From: a virus
Lineage: Duplodnaviria; Caudoviricetes
Strand: one strand, 5' to 3'
IMG/VR virus record: IMGVR_UViG_3300021400_001623
Coordinates: 1-64,000 of that record
Length of the DNA stretch: 64,000 bases
Positions 9,412 to 18,765 of the stretch are shown piece by piece. Numbering within the stretch: the stretch's first letter is position 1; each line of letters starts with the position of its first letter. Made by a program: the position numbers and the translations under genes. The notes under the pieces were generated by a model. That model ran no database searches and was not told where the DNA came from. It saw only the letters and a list, made by a program, of their open reading frames with translations.

Positions 9412-10480
9412 ACGGAGATCTGTCGCCTAGTACAGCAATGTACTAGTGAAAAGGTGGTGAACCGGTAAATGCCGGGTGTGCAGCATATGCTGTGCTAACA
9501 GGGAAAGCTAAGGCATTTCATATACTTGGAGGTATATGAAGTTTATAAATAAAAAGACATATTGTGATAATTTTGGAATATATCAGATTAAAAATATATC
9601 GAATAATTGCGTTTATGTTGGACAGACAAAAGCTAGTTTTCAAAAACGATTTTGGCAACATAATAATTTATTATCACAAAATAGGCATTTTAATAAACAA
9701 CTACAATATACATGGAATATATATGGGTCAGAATCATTTGTATTTGAAGTATTATATGTATGTAATGACGACGACGATATTGATGCTCTTGAAGAACAAT
9801 ATATACTGGACGCAAGAAATCGTACAACGTGCTTTAATATATTAAATGGCTCGTCTTTTAAGAACTCAAACGTTGGTGAGTTGAACCGCAGACGTTTGCT
9901 TGGTACTCAACTATCTGAGCAAACAAAACAAAAAATGTCTAAATCAAGAACTGGAAAGCGGCAGTATAAAAAACGGGATCGACTAACAGACGAACAAGCT
10001 ATTCATGTTAAACAGCTACTCATCGATGGATATTCATCAAAAGAAATAATGAATTTAACTGGCATAGAATATAAAGTTATAAACAATATTATTTCATGCG
10101 ATGCATATAAAACACTTTATGTAGATGGTTGGGATAAGTATCGTGAGAAGCATGATACTGATGTAAAAAAGAAAAAGGCTATAACACAAAAGTTACACAG
10201 TGATATAGTTGAACTGTTTGTAAAATATCAGATGCCAAAATCTAAAATTGCAGATTATCTATCTGTGTCATGGCATACTGTTGATGATCATTTGAAAAAT
10301 GAAATGCTATGCTAATCCTGTGCTAAGCCTCATATGAGGAAAGTGCAACGACTATCCTAATTTTAGGAGTAGATTAGTGGTGAAAATCCACTTTTCGAAG
10401 TGCCACCCACCCTATTTAATCTAGGGTGATGATATAGTCTAAACCCCTTATAAATATCGGGAAACCGAGGGTATTATTTG
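9412..10480 (+). mobile_element. Group I intron (IA2-like) with homing endonuclease, in RNAP gene
   Basis: P1 exon CGAU/GUCG(9422-9425) with U9411.G9422; P4 ACAGG/CCTGT; P7 GACTA(10350)/TAGTC(10435); P3 GGTGGTG/TGCCACC; P7.1 and P7.2 present; terminal G10480; splicing gives in-frame FTI|DFAKTLYKP. Confidence 0.92.
9536..10315 (+). CDS. Intron-encoded GIY-YIG homing endonuclease
   Basis: GIYQI...VYVGQ motif, KRFWQH, conserved EEQY; NUMOD3-like LSEQTKQKMSKSRTGK; SD GGAGG. Confidence 0.92.
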   Translation: MKFINKKTYCDNFGIYQIKNISNNCVYVGQTKASFQKRFWQHNNLLSQNRHFNKQLQYTWNIYGSESFVFEVLYVCNDDDDIDALEEQYILDARNRTTCFNILNGSSFKNSNVGELNRRRLLGTQLSEQTKQKMSKSRTGKRQYKKRDRLTDEQAIHVKQLLIDGYSSKEIMNLTGIEYKVINNIISCDAYKTLYVDGWDKYREKHDTDVKKKKAITQKLHSDIVELFVKYQMPKSKIADYLSVSWHTVDDHLKNEMLC

Positions 10481-11141
10481 TGACTTCGCTAAAACTCTTT
10501 ATAAACCTCAGCGTCCAGATTGGGTTGATGATTTTCTTGGTCGCTACACGCGGAAGAAAGTCCCATATTTCTTCCAAGAGGCAAAGGGGAAAGAAAAAAA
10601 TCAAGTCTCCCCTATTACCGAGTCTCTTGTTAATCAGCTGCGCAGTTTAATTAAGAACAAACGTATCAGCTACCATAATCTCGCGCCGTTTGATTATACG
10701 CTGTTAATGCATGACCGTACTGTTGATTATTGTGATATGCGGCTGGCTAAAACCTATGACGATCTAGCGCAGAAATACCATTTTAAGCTCGCACATACAT
10801 ATGACGAGGATGAAACGAATATCAGCTACATAATAACAGTGTGTATGGATCAGTTGAATGATTTAAATATCACTGTTGAAGAGATGATCGATCAACTTAC
10901 TTATTATTTATTCAATAAGCGCAGTAAGAAGTCCCTATTCTGGTGCTGTTTTGGGGACAAGTTGATTGATAATCTGAAAACTAATCTTGACCGTTCGACC
11001 CGCTGCTGTAAAAAGTGCGGTCGGAGATTTAAACCGAGTGGTAATCATCAGCATTACTGCGGCGAATGTGCGGCTGAAATGAAGCGTGAAAAGGCAAAAA
11101 TGCGTAAAAGAAAACAGCGTGAAAAAGCAAAAATAGCTTAA
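10481..11141 (+). CDS. yonO: YonO-like RNA polymerase, exon 2 (C-terminal Zn ribbon)
   Basis: Open frame from 10481 continues into ORF-track 10707..11141; CKKCG...CGEC; exons total 2724 nt from 7349 (907 aa). Confidence 0.88.
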
Positions 11142-11159
11142 ATGTGTCACGCTTTAGAG

Positions 11160-11223
11160 AACGTTGGAATTTCAACGATTCGGGCGATTTCCGAAAAATA
11201 AAACGTTGAAATTTCAACGTTTT
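11160..11223. promoter_or_regulatory. Pair of palindromic operator-like sites
   Basis: Perfect 24-bp palindrome AAAACGTTGAAATTTCAACGTTTT (11200-11223) and near-identical AACGTTGGAATTTCAACGATT (11160-11180). Confidence 0.7.
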
Positions 11224-11346
11224 TAATTTTTCTTACCACGCTTATGGGAAGAAGGTATAAAACTCTTAAAATATATACCCCTTTTTATCCCCCTTCTTTC
11301 TGATCCTTTTTCTCGATCACACCTTCTTCCCTTTTCTATTTATTAT

Positions 11347-11420
11347 CGCGAGATGATCTAATGGTAAGAGGATGGCCTCATAAGCCTTCAGTCCGGGTTC
11401 AACTCCCGGTCTCGCAACCA
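11347..11420 (+). tRNA. tRNA-Met (CAT), initiator-like acceptor stem
   Basis: Acceptor CGCGAGA/TCTCGCA with C1:A72 mismatch, anticodon loop CTCATAA (CAT 11379-11381), T arm CCGGG-TTCAACT-CCCGG, encoded CCA. Confidence 0.9.
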
Positions 11421-11479
11421 TAATCTATTAGGGATATATGATGTTATATCCCTATTTCATATTTTGAAAGGAAATGAAC

Positions 11480-11595
11480 ATGATTGAGAATATCACAATT
11501 GGAGATATCTCGGCTGTTTTAATATTTGCTGTTGCATTTATTGGTGTGGTATGAACAACAAGGTTGAGAAGCTCCAGCGAGAGAGAAAGATTTAA
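11480..11595 (+). pseudogene. Possible deleted remnant of a small membrane (holin-like) gene
   Basis: SD GAAAGGA + 24-aa hydrophobic ORF MIENITIGDISAVLIFAVAFIGVV (11480-11554), overlapped by a 14-codon basic frame (11551-11595). Confidence 0.35.
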
Positions 11596-11668
11596 CACGG
11601 TGATTCCGTATTAAATATATCGCCTATTTTTATATAGGTAAATTTTTACATGTAAAGGAGAAAATGCT

Positions 11669-11845
11669 ATTTTAAGAATTACTAAAGATGAAGCACAATT
11701 CATTAGAGAACATGCGTCTGTTCCGCGCATCACGACAGTTGGTCGTAAGAAAAAGGCGCGGCGTAAGTCCCGTTATGTAGATGAATCAAGAGAGACGCTG
11801 AGTCTTCTTGAAGAGTATTATCGTATTCATCGCGGACAGAACTGA
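11669..11845 (+). CDS. Small basic hypothetical protein (ATT start)
   Basis: SD AAAGGAG then ATT TTA AGA ATT ACT AAA..., 58 codons open; below the ORF-track cutoff. Confidence 0.6.
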   Translation: MLRITKDEAQFIREHASVPRITTVGRKKKARRKSRYVDESRETLSLLEEYYRIHRGQN

Positions 11846-11883
11846 CCATTTGGTCAAATTTAGAGAAAAGGAGATAGAGAAAA

Positions 11884-13107
11884 ATTAGTTTTGAAATTAA
11901 ACGACTTCCTGGCGAAAATGAACGGCAATATATTTGGCGGCTTGGTAATGCGAAGGATTCTGGCCTGATTAATTTGGATTGGGAGACTATTGCCGCGCTG
12001 GTCAACCGTGAATTTCGCGAGGATGAGAACTCATATTATGGTGAATCCGCATATAGGAAACCATATTTATGTGCGAAAAAATACTATAATGACGTATTTT
12101 CGCAGTTAGAATCAGACGAATTTATTGAAGAAATGCAGCTTCAAAAGCGTGAATTAGAAAAAGAGCGCAAGAAACTGCAAACGGAAAAGCTTGAGTATAA
12201 TAGGTGGCTGCGCGAGGAAGCGCGTGATGAAATGATCGCAGAGCGCATTGGGGACGCAATCCATGATTTGCCGCGGCTAGATCCGCCATGTGGATCGCTG
12301 CAAAAGGTATCGCAATCAGAAAATAGTGCTTGGATTTTAGCATTTGGTGATGCTCATTTTGGAGCTGAATTTGAAATTCGCGGTTTATATAACGAGATTA
12401 TCAATGCATATAATCCAGAGATTTTTTATGATCGTATGGACAATCTGTTTGCGCAGACACTCCATATTATTCAGAAGGAAAACATTACAGATTTATATGT
12501 GTTTGATCTCGGTGATCAAATCGATGGCCTACTTCGTATCAGTCAATTAATGAAGCTGCGTTTTGGTGTTGTTGAATCTACTATTAAGTATGCCGATTAT
12601 TTAGCAAATTGGTTGAATGAATTATCAAAACACGTAAATGTCTATTTCAGACAATGTTCTGGAAACCACTCTGAGCTACGTTTAATTAACAACAAGAAGA
12701 ATACTTTTGAAGATGAGAATATGGCGGCGGTCATCTATCAATTTTTAAAGATTAGACTGGCTGATAATCCACGTTTTCATATTGATCAAAATCAAACCGG
12801 TATGATATTTGAAACGCTGGCGGGCAATAACGTTATGGCGTTTCATGGTGAGGCTAAAGATATGGAGTCCGCTATGAAGGACTTTGTGCAGATATATGGT
12901 ATTGATATCGATATATTAATTGCCGGACATTTGCATCATGCGTATAGCGAAACAGTTGGTGTTAATACTGATGTTATGCGTACGCCGAGCTTGATAGGTG
13001 TTGATGATTACTCATTGAAGTTACATAAAACATCAAACCCTGGTGCTACATTATTCAAAATTGAGAATGGCGCTGGGAAAACAATGGAATATCATATCAA
13101 ATTGTAA
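11884..13107 (+). CDS. Metallophosphoesterase (calcineurin-like; SPbeta YonJ-like)
   Basis: Motifs GDAHFG, GDQIDG, GNH, FHG, GHLHH; ORF track starts at 11974 but the frame is open to an SD-backed ATT at 11884. Confidence 0.88.
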   Translation: MSFEIKRLPGENERQYIWRLGNAKDSGLINLDWETIAALVNREFREDENSYYGESAYRKPYLCAKKYYNDVFSQLESDEFIEEMQLQKRELEKERKKLQTEKLEYNRWLREEARDEMIAERIGDAIHDLPRLDPPCGSLQKVSQSENSAWILAFGDAHFGAEFEIRGLYNEIINAYNPEIFYDRMDNLFAQTLHIIQKENITDLYVFDLGDQIDGLLRISQLMKLRFGVVESTIKYADYLANWLNELSKHVNVYFRQCSGNHSELRLINNKKNTFEDENMAAVIYQFLKIRLADNPRFHIDQNQTGMIFETLAGNNVMAFHGEAKDMESAMKDFVQIYGIDIDILIAGHLHHAYSETVGVNTDVMRTPSLIGVDDYSLKLHKTSNPGATLFKIENGAGKTMEYHIKL

Positions 13108-13124
13108 ATAAAGGAGAAAATGAG

Positions 13125-13400
13125 ATGATGACTAGAAGCGAAGTGGTCCGCGAAACTGCTCGACGGACCAATTATACGATCGCTGTATGTAATGAAATCA
13201 TTAGGGAGATGTTTGATATTATCGCGGACGAATTAGAGGGTCATGGTGAAGTAATAGTGCCCAATTTTGGTAAATTTCAATGCAAAAGAGTTGGAGCGCG
13301 GACAATTACTCTGCCCTCTGGCGAACGTGTTCAACGTGAAGAGCATTTAGAACCAAAATTTAAGGCATCCGATTCATTGCGAAGAAGGGTGAGATCATAA
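13125..13400 (+). CDS. hup: HU/IHF-family DNA-binding protein
   Basis: 91 aa with EVIVPNFGKF and PKFKASDSLR HU signatures. Confidence 0.9.
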   Translation: MMTRSEVVRETARRTNYTIAVCNEIIREMFDIIADELEGHGEVIVPNFGKFQCKRVGARTITLPSGERVQREEHLEPKFKASDSLRRRVRS

Positions 13401-14176
13401 TGAAATCCAAATATACGAGTGTGCTCCCAGTATTGCCTAAACGTAAATACTTTAAAATTGGTGATACTGGTAACGAAGTTAAGTTAGTGCAGGCGTTTAT
13501 TAACTGGGCGAATAATGGAACAATTCGCAAAAAACTGAAATTAGATGGTGACTATGGAAAATTAACAGCACAGGCAGTTTCGTTCTTTGAAGAAGTACAT
13601 GGCTTAAAGCAGGATGGCGAGTTCGGAAAGAAATGTCGCAAATTAGCTGCTAAGCTTGTTATGGATGATGCTTGGATGGCTGTTAATTGGGCGGTCAGTA
13701 TTGCTAAAAATAATAGCTTTGCATACGGTACTGGCGATCGCGCTCATCATAATGGATGCTATTTCTGCGGAACTAATATTACAGGTCCAAAGAAGGCTAA
13801 GAAGGGTTCACGTTGGGAGAAGACTTATTGTTGTAATCCATTTATTCACGCTGCATATGCTCACGGCGCTGGTGTTCCAAAGATGCTCAGGGACTGCAAG
13901 CGAGCTAATGCTGCCGGGATGAATCCGTCTGATTGGACAAAATATGGATTTATTAAAGTTGGCAAATGTAAGAATGTGAAGTTTGCCGATCTCAAACACG
14001 GCGATGTAATTATTAGATCGAGTCATGTCTTTATGTATGTTGGTGGTAATCGTTTTGTCGAAGCGACCAGCAGCGGTGGTTTTGGCGCAGATTCAATTAT
14101 CCATAAAAAAGGCATGAAAAGCAGATATAGAGAATATCAGAAAGTTTCATCCGCATATGTTATGCGGTTTAAATAA
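13400..14176 (+). CDS. Cell-wall hydrolase: peptidoglycan-binding domain plus NlpC/P60-like catalytic domain
   Basis: N-term GDTGNEVKLVQ...DGDYGKLTAQAVSFF...LKQDGEFG; C-term YCCNPFI and GDVIIRSSHVFMYVGG (Cys/His). Confidence 0.75.
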   Translation: MKSKYTSVLPVLPKRKYFKIGDTGNEVKLVQAFINWANNGTIRKKLKLDGDYGKLTAQAVSFFEEVHGLKQDGEFGKKCRKLAAKLVMDDAWMAVNWAVSIAKNNSFAYGTGDRAHHNGCYFCGTNITGPKKAKKGSRWEKTYCCNPFIHAAYAHGAGVPKMLRDCKRANAAGMNPSDWTKYGFIKVGKCKNVKFADLKHGDVIIRSSHVFMYVGGNRFVEATSSGGFGADSIIHKKGMKSRYREYQKVSSAYVMRFK

Positions 14177-14196
14177 TGATATAGCGAAAAGGAGGT

Positions 14197-15369
14197 GTGA
14201 CGGTGCCACCTAAGAAAAAGGCCGTAAAGAAAGGTAGTATTGGGAAGAACGATAGCGGTGCGACTATTATCTACCGTTGCACGTGTTGTGGAAAAGAAAA
14301 AGAAGACCCGCGAAGGAATTTTTATAAAGTAAGCTACTCTATTACTCATCGCGGCAATAATGGCTATTCGCATATATGTGTTGATTGTATCAATGAGATA
14401 TTTGATATGTATAAAAAACAGTATGATCAACAGGAAGCGGTTAAAATTTGTTGCGCATTATTGGATATTCCATACTATCGTAGCCTATATGAGTCAGTTG
14501 CGCGCCAAAATGATAAGTTCGCATTTGGCTTATATATCCGTCAAATTAATGGCACTCAGTATAACAACAAGACTTTCGCTCTAACGTTACACCAGGGTGA
14601 ACTTGAAGTCACTAAAAAGGAAGCCGAAGAAGAAGCGGAAGAATTGTCTGAACGCAATTGGACGGTTGAAGAACGGCGTGCTAAGAATGAGGTAAAGAAC
14701 TTGCTTGGCTATGATCCGTTTGACGGCTACGCGCCTAAAGTACGGCGAAAATTATTTACAGAATTACTTGGGTATCTGGATGACGATGAGGTGATCAGCG
14801 ATAATTATAAGATCGCACAAATTGTCCAGATTATTAATAATAATGAACAAATCAATAATTATGATATCGCTATCTCTCGTATAGATATGAAGCGCGATGT
14901 TGATGATATCAAAACACTTAGTGGATTAAAAAAGGAATTGGTACTTGCCAATGAAAAGATTGCTAAGGAAAATGGCATCTCAGTTAAGTCGCGTGGTGAT
15001 ACACGGGCTGGAAAAGGCACCTTGACTGGTTTGATGCGTGATATGAGAGAGAAAGATATTCATGAGGCTGAGGTTAATTTCTATAATCAGCTTCAATCAG
15101 ATTCATCTCGATGGGCTGTTGATGTAAGCATGCGAAGCATGTTGGACAATATTCAGCTTGGAGAGAATGATGTAAACGATATCATTGAGGATCAACGCAG
15201 CAGATTATTAAGTCTGCAGGACGAAAATGATATCCTAAAAGAAGAAAAGCGACTTGCTAAAATACGAGAAAATAAACTAAATGAAGATATTGAAAAGTTG
15301 AAAGGTCTGCTTGGTGATGACTTGCCAGCGGATTTTTTAGATGGCGGTGATGGCGATGGCGAAACGTAA
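14197..15369 (+). CDS. YonG-like protein, probable terminase small subunit
   Basis: N-terminal CTCC...CVDC Zn finger; overlaps TerL start; SPbeta synteny; likely start GTG 14203. Confidence 0.6.
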   Translation: MTVPPKKKAVKKGSIGKNDSGATIIYRCTCCGKEKEDPRRNFYKVSYSITHRGNNGYSHICVDCINEIFDMYKKQYDQQEAVKICCALLDIPYYRSLYESVARQNDKFAFGLYIRQINGTQYNNKTFALTLHQGELEVTKKEAEEEAEELSERNWTVEERRAKNEVKNLLGYDPFDGYAPKVRRKLFTELLGYLDDDEVISDNYKIAQIVQIINNNEQINNYDIAISRIDMKRDVDDIKTLSGLKKELVLANEKIAKENGISVKSRGDTRAGKGTLTGLMRDMREKDIHEAEVNFYNQLQSDSSRWAVDVSMRSMLDNIQLGENDVNDIIEDQRSRLLSLQDENDILKEEKRLAKIRENKLNEDIEKLKGLLGDDLPADFLDGGDGDGET

Positions 15370-17197
15370 TACCCTTACCCACGCCCGCCTTATGATGTAT
15401 CTGAATGATGCTAAAACGATTGACTTTTGGCGGCGTAATCCAGTGATTGCTGCTGAGGACCTTCTTGGCATATACTTATCTGATGCTCAGGCTTGGGTTT
15501 TAGCTTCAAGTTGGAATACAGAAAAAGCGATTTGGTCGTGCTCCCGTAACTGGGGAAAGAGTTTTATCATTGCAGTTTATTGTATTTTAAGGGCGCTTTT
15601 ATATCCAAACCAAAACATTTATATTATCAGTTCGGTTGGAAACCAAGCGAAGGAGACATTCAGTAAGATTGAAGAGATTGTGCTCCGTCAAGGACGAACA
15701 AGTGAATCAATCCCCGATTTGAAGGACATCGCTATGGGAGAGACGGCGGCTGGTAATAAAAATCCAACCGGATTCAAACACGATCCGTCAAGTTATACAG
15801 TGTCATTTCATAATGGGTCTAAGATTATGACGCTGAATAGTAAACCAGATAACGTTAGAGGTAAACGTGCTAATCTACTGGTTTACGATGAATGCGCATT
15901 TGTTGATGAGGAACTCATCGTTGCAACAACCCCGTTTGTAACACAGGATGCTACGGCGAAATACGGTAAGGATGCGGCGCGTGATAAAGATATAATGACG
16001 CGGCAACCATATAACCAAATCATTATGGCATCTTCACAAAATACTGTGGATGTCATGTTTTATACTGAATATAAATCGTGTGCCAAGCGAATGCTGGCTG
16101 GAGATAAACGAGTATTCGTTGCGGATATGCCTTGTGATACTGCAATGCAAATGTATCATCATGGCGAAGAGATTCCGGCCCTACTCTCGCAATCTGTAGT
16201 AGATGCAGAAATGGCTAAGAATCCAGATAAGGCACGGCGGGAATATTATAATAAACCGGATTTAACTGGCGGCGATAATCAAATCGTGTCATGGGTCACT
16301 ATGCGGCGTGCTGAAAGACAGATACTGCCCTATCAAGAATGCCGCGGGAATAAGATTATACTTGCTTTTGACCCGGCGCGAACCAATGATAACTCAATAC
16401 TGGGGGCTATGGAACTGGTTGATGACTCAGAATACGGTCTTTGCGGCAACGTGATCGGTTGTACGAACTTTGTTGATGTTGCTTCGGAGCGTAAATTTAA
16501 GCTTGATTCAAAGCTGCAACTCGAAGGAATTCGCGATATTATAGCGGATTATAACGGCGATAACCCGGATTTTGAGTATATTGATCAAATTTTAATTGAT
16601 TCCGGTTCCGGTGGCGGCGGTAATCTATATGCTGATGCACTATTGGATGATTGGGTAGATCACAATGGAAAATCTCATCATGGTCTTATAGATATGACAA
16701 ATGAGATGTATATCCCCTATCGTAGTCGCTATCCAAATGCGGTCGATAAACTGCGAATGATAAGTCCGCGTAAATATAGAACCCAAATGGTTGAAGAATT
16801 TATCGAGTTGATGAATTTAGGGGTTATACGCTTCCCATATGAATATAACGGGCAGGAATTTCTGCAGCTAATTGATGGTATAGACCCAAAAACTAAAGAA
16901 GAAGTATTAAAAACTTATCAACTATCTCAGTTTGAAATGGTACATCTGGATCAGATCGACCGTATGAAAACTGAGATTTGTTATATACATAAGAGTACGA
17001 ATGCGGAAGGAACGAGTGCGAGTTATGCACTGGCACGCGAGAAGCAGAATACTATGCATGACGATAGATTCTATGTCATGATCCTAATGGCCCATCGTCT
17101 TTTTGAATTGCGCCGTGGAAAAGCGATGCGCACGTCCAGAGAGCAGGCGCCAAACTCTTCTGCATTTATTCAATTTAGAAAACCAAAATTATTTTAA
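15341..17197 (+). CDS. terL: Terminase large subunit
   Basis: Walker A SRNWGKS, Walker B LLVYDEC, nuclease FDPARTND and HDDR. Confidence 0.92.
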   Translation: MAVMAMAKRNTLTHARLMMYLNDAKTIDFWRRNPVIAAEDLLGIYLSDAQAWVLASSWNTEKAIWSCSRNWGKSFIIAVYCILRALLYPNQNIYIISSVGNQAKETFSKIEEIVLRQGRTSESIPDLKDIAMGETAAGNKNPTGFKHDPSSYTVSFHNGSKIMTLNSKPDNVRGKRANLLVYDECAFVDEELIVATTPFVTQDATAKYGKDAARDKDIMTRQPYNQIIMASSQNTVDVMFYTEYKSCAKRMLAGDKRVFVADMPCDTAMQMYHHGEEIPALLSQSVVDAEMAKNPDKARREYYNKPDLTGGDNQIVSWVTMRRAERQILPYQECRGNKIILAFDPARTNDNSILGAMELVDDSEYGLCGNVIGCTNFVDVASERKFKLDSKLQLEGIRDIIADYNGDNPDFEYIDQILIDSGSGGGGNLYADALLDDWVDHNGKSHHGLIDMTNEMYIPYRSRYPNAVDKLRMISPRKYRTQMVEEFIELMNLGVIRFPYEYNGQEFLQLIDGIDPKTKEEVLKTYQLSQFEMVHLDQIDRMKTEICYIHKSTNAEGTSASYALAREKQNTMHDDRFYVMILMAHRLFELRRGKAMRTSREQAPNSSAFIQFRKPKLF

Positions 17198-17214
17198 GGA
17201 AGGAGGAAATATGC

Positions 17215-18762
17215 TTGGCTAAACGTAATGCTGCGGTAAACAGGCGTAAACAGTCAACACAACGTATTGTTAAGCAGAATGATCAAGCTTTTGCGCAAGC
17301 TCAACAACAGTTTTATGAAGCATTAAATGGCTTGCAGTTTGCAAATCTGATTAAGCAGACCAGTGTTACTTATACGCAATATACCAAGGAGAATTATCGT
17401 ACATATATCCAAAACCCGCAGCGAAATGAGAAACAAATGCGCGAAATGTCGCAGTTTCTTGCTCGTGTATCGACTCCTTATGTGCGTATATTGAGATACT
17501 TTAGTGATCTGTATGCGTTTTATTGGAATTTAACTCCTAAGATTGATCCATTAGAAAAGCCGGATAGTGATGAGTTAATTACAAAATACACTGAGATGTG
17601 TAACACGATTGAGAATCTTGACCTTCCAGTTGAGATGCGTAACGTGATTTACTTCACATTGCGTGATGGTGCTTTCTATGGATATCTTTATGAGGATGAT
17701 GATTCTATTTTTATTCATAGATTAAATCCGGATTATTGTAAGCCAGTTGCTATTGAAGATGGCGTATTCAATTTTGCTTTTGATTTGTCGTATTTTGATA
17801 AATATAAGGAAGCGCTTGAAACCTGGGATGCGGAATTTACGACTATGTATAACGCATATCAGAATGATAAGACTAATATGCGATGGCAAATAGTTAACCC
17901 GGAACGATCAATTTGTATGAAAGCTTATCCCGACTTAGATGAGGTCATTCCATTCTTTGTTGGTATGTTTGAGGCATTGCTTGATCTGATTGATGCCAGA
18001 ACATTACAGAGGAATAAGGATGTTATCCAGAATTATAAGCTAATCTTGCAAAAGATTCCGTTTTTTGAGGCTGGCAGCGCTAAAGATTTAGATGACTTCC
18101 GGCTGCGTTTACAAACGGTACAGAAGTTCGCGGCTGAAATGGCCGATAGTGTACCAGAGGCAGTCGGTGTTGCTACTACTCCGATGGAAGTTGACACAGT
18201 TGACTTTAAGCCGGATGACAACTCTAATGATCTTGTGGCTACATCTATGAAGAACGTTTTTAATGATTCCGGCGTTTCGATGATGCTCTTCAATTCGCAG
18301 ACATCTGGCTCAACTGGGGTTGAAATGTCGGTGAAGGTTGATACATCATTGGCATGGACATATGTACAATACCTTGAGCGTTGGGTGCGCCGTTTCATAT
18401 CTTATCGTACATCTTCTATTGATTTCAATTTTGAAATCTTAGATGTTCATATCTTTAACAAAGATGCTGCGGTTGATCGCGAGGTAAAGCTTGCGCAATC
18501 CGGTGTACCTAACAAAATGAAGTTAGCCGCTTCATCTGGCATGTCTCCTGTTGAAGTTATCTCTAATCAGATTTGGGAGAATGAGTATCTGCAGATCCAT
18601 ATGAATTGGATTCCGCTTCAAACTTCCTACACCCTTTCTGGCGATCAAGGTCGTCCAGCAGATGGTGAGACTGATGATGTAACAGCGACAGATACGAACG
18701 GGACTACAAAAGATTCCGGCGAACAGCCGACTGATGAGCCAGTTGAAGGTGCTGATGAATAA
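17215..18762 (+). CDS. Portal protein (YonE-like)
   Basis: 515 aa directly after TerL; SPbeta synteny; TTG start after GGAGG. Confidence 0.8.
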   Translation: MAKRNAAVNRRKQSTQRIVKQNDQAFAQAQQQFYEALNGLQFANLIKQTSVTYTQYTKENYRTYIQNPQRNEKQMREMSQFLARVSTPYVRILRYFSDLYAFYWNLTPKIDPLEKPDSDELITKYTEMCNTIENLDLPVEMRNVIYFTLRDGAFYGYLYEDDDSIFIHRLNPDYCKPVAIEDGVFNFAFDLSYFDKYKEALETWDAEFTTMYNAYQNDKTNMRWQIVNPERSICMKAYPDLDEVIPFFVGMFEALLDLIDARTLQRNKDVIQNYKLILQKIPFFEAGSAKDLDDFRLRLQTVQKFAAEMADSVPEAVGVATTPMEVDTVDFKPDDNSNDLVATSMKNVFNDSGVSMMLFNSQTSGSTGVEMSVKVDTSLAWTYVQYLERWVRRFISYRTSSIDFNFEILDVHIFNKDAAVDREVKLAQSGVPNKMKLAASSGMSPVEVISNQIWENEYLQIHMNWIPLQTSYTLSGDQGRPADGETDDVTATDTNGTTKDSGEQPTDEPVEGADE

Positions 18763-18765
18763 GGG

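Noticed and set aside
10707-11141. Stand-alone Zn-ribbon gene
   Set aside because: The frame is open from 10481 and joins RNAP exon 1 across a clear group I intron.
11347-11420. tRNA-Ile2 (lysidine-modified CAT)
   Set aside because: Acceptor positions 4-5 are G,A rather than the C4-G69/C5-G68 TilS determinants, and the C1:A72 mismatch points to Met/fMet.
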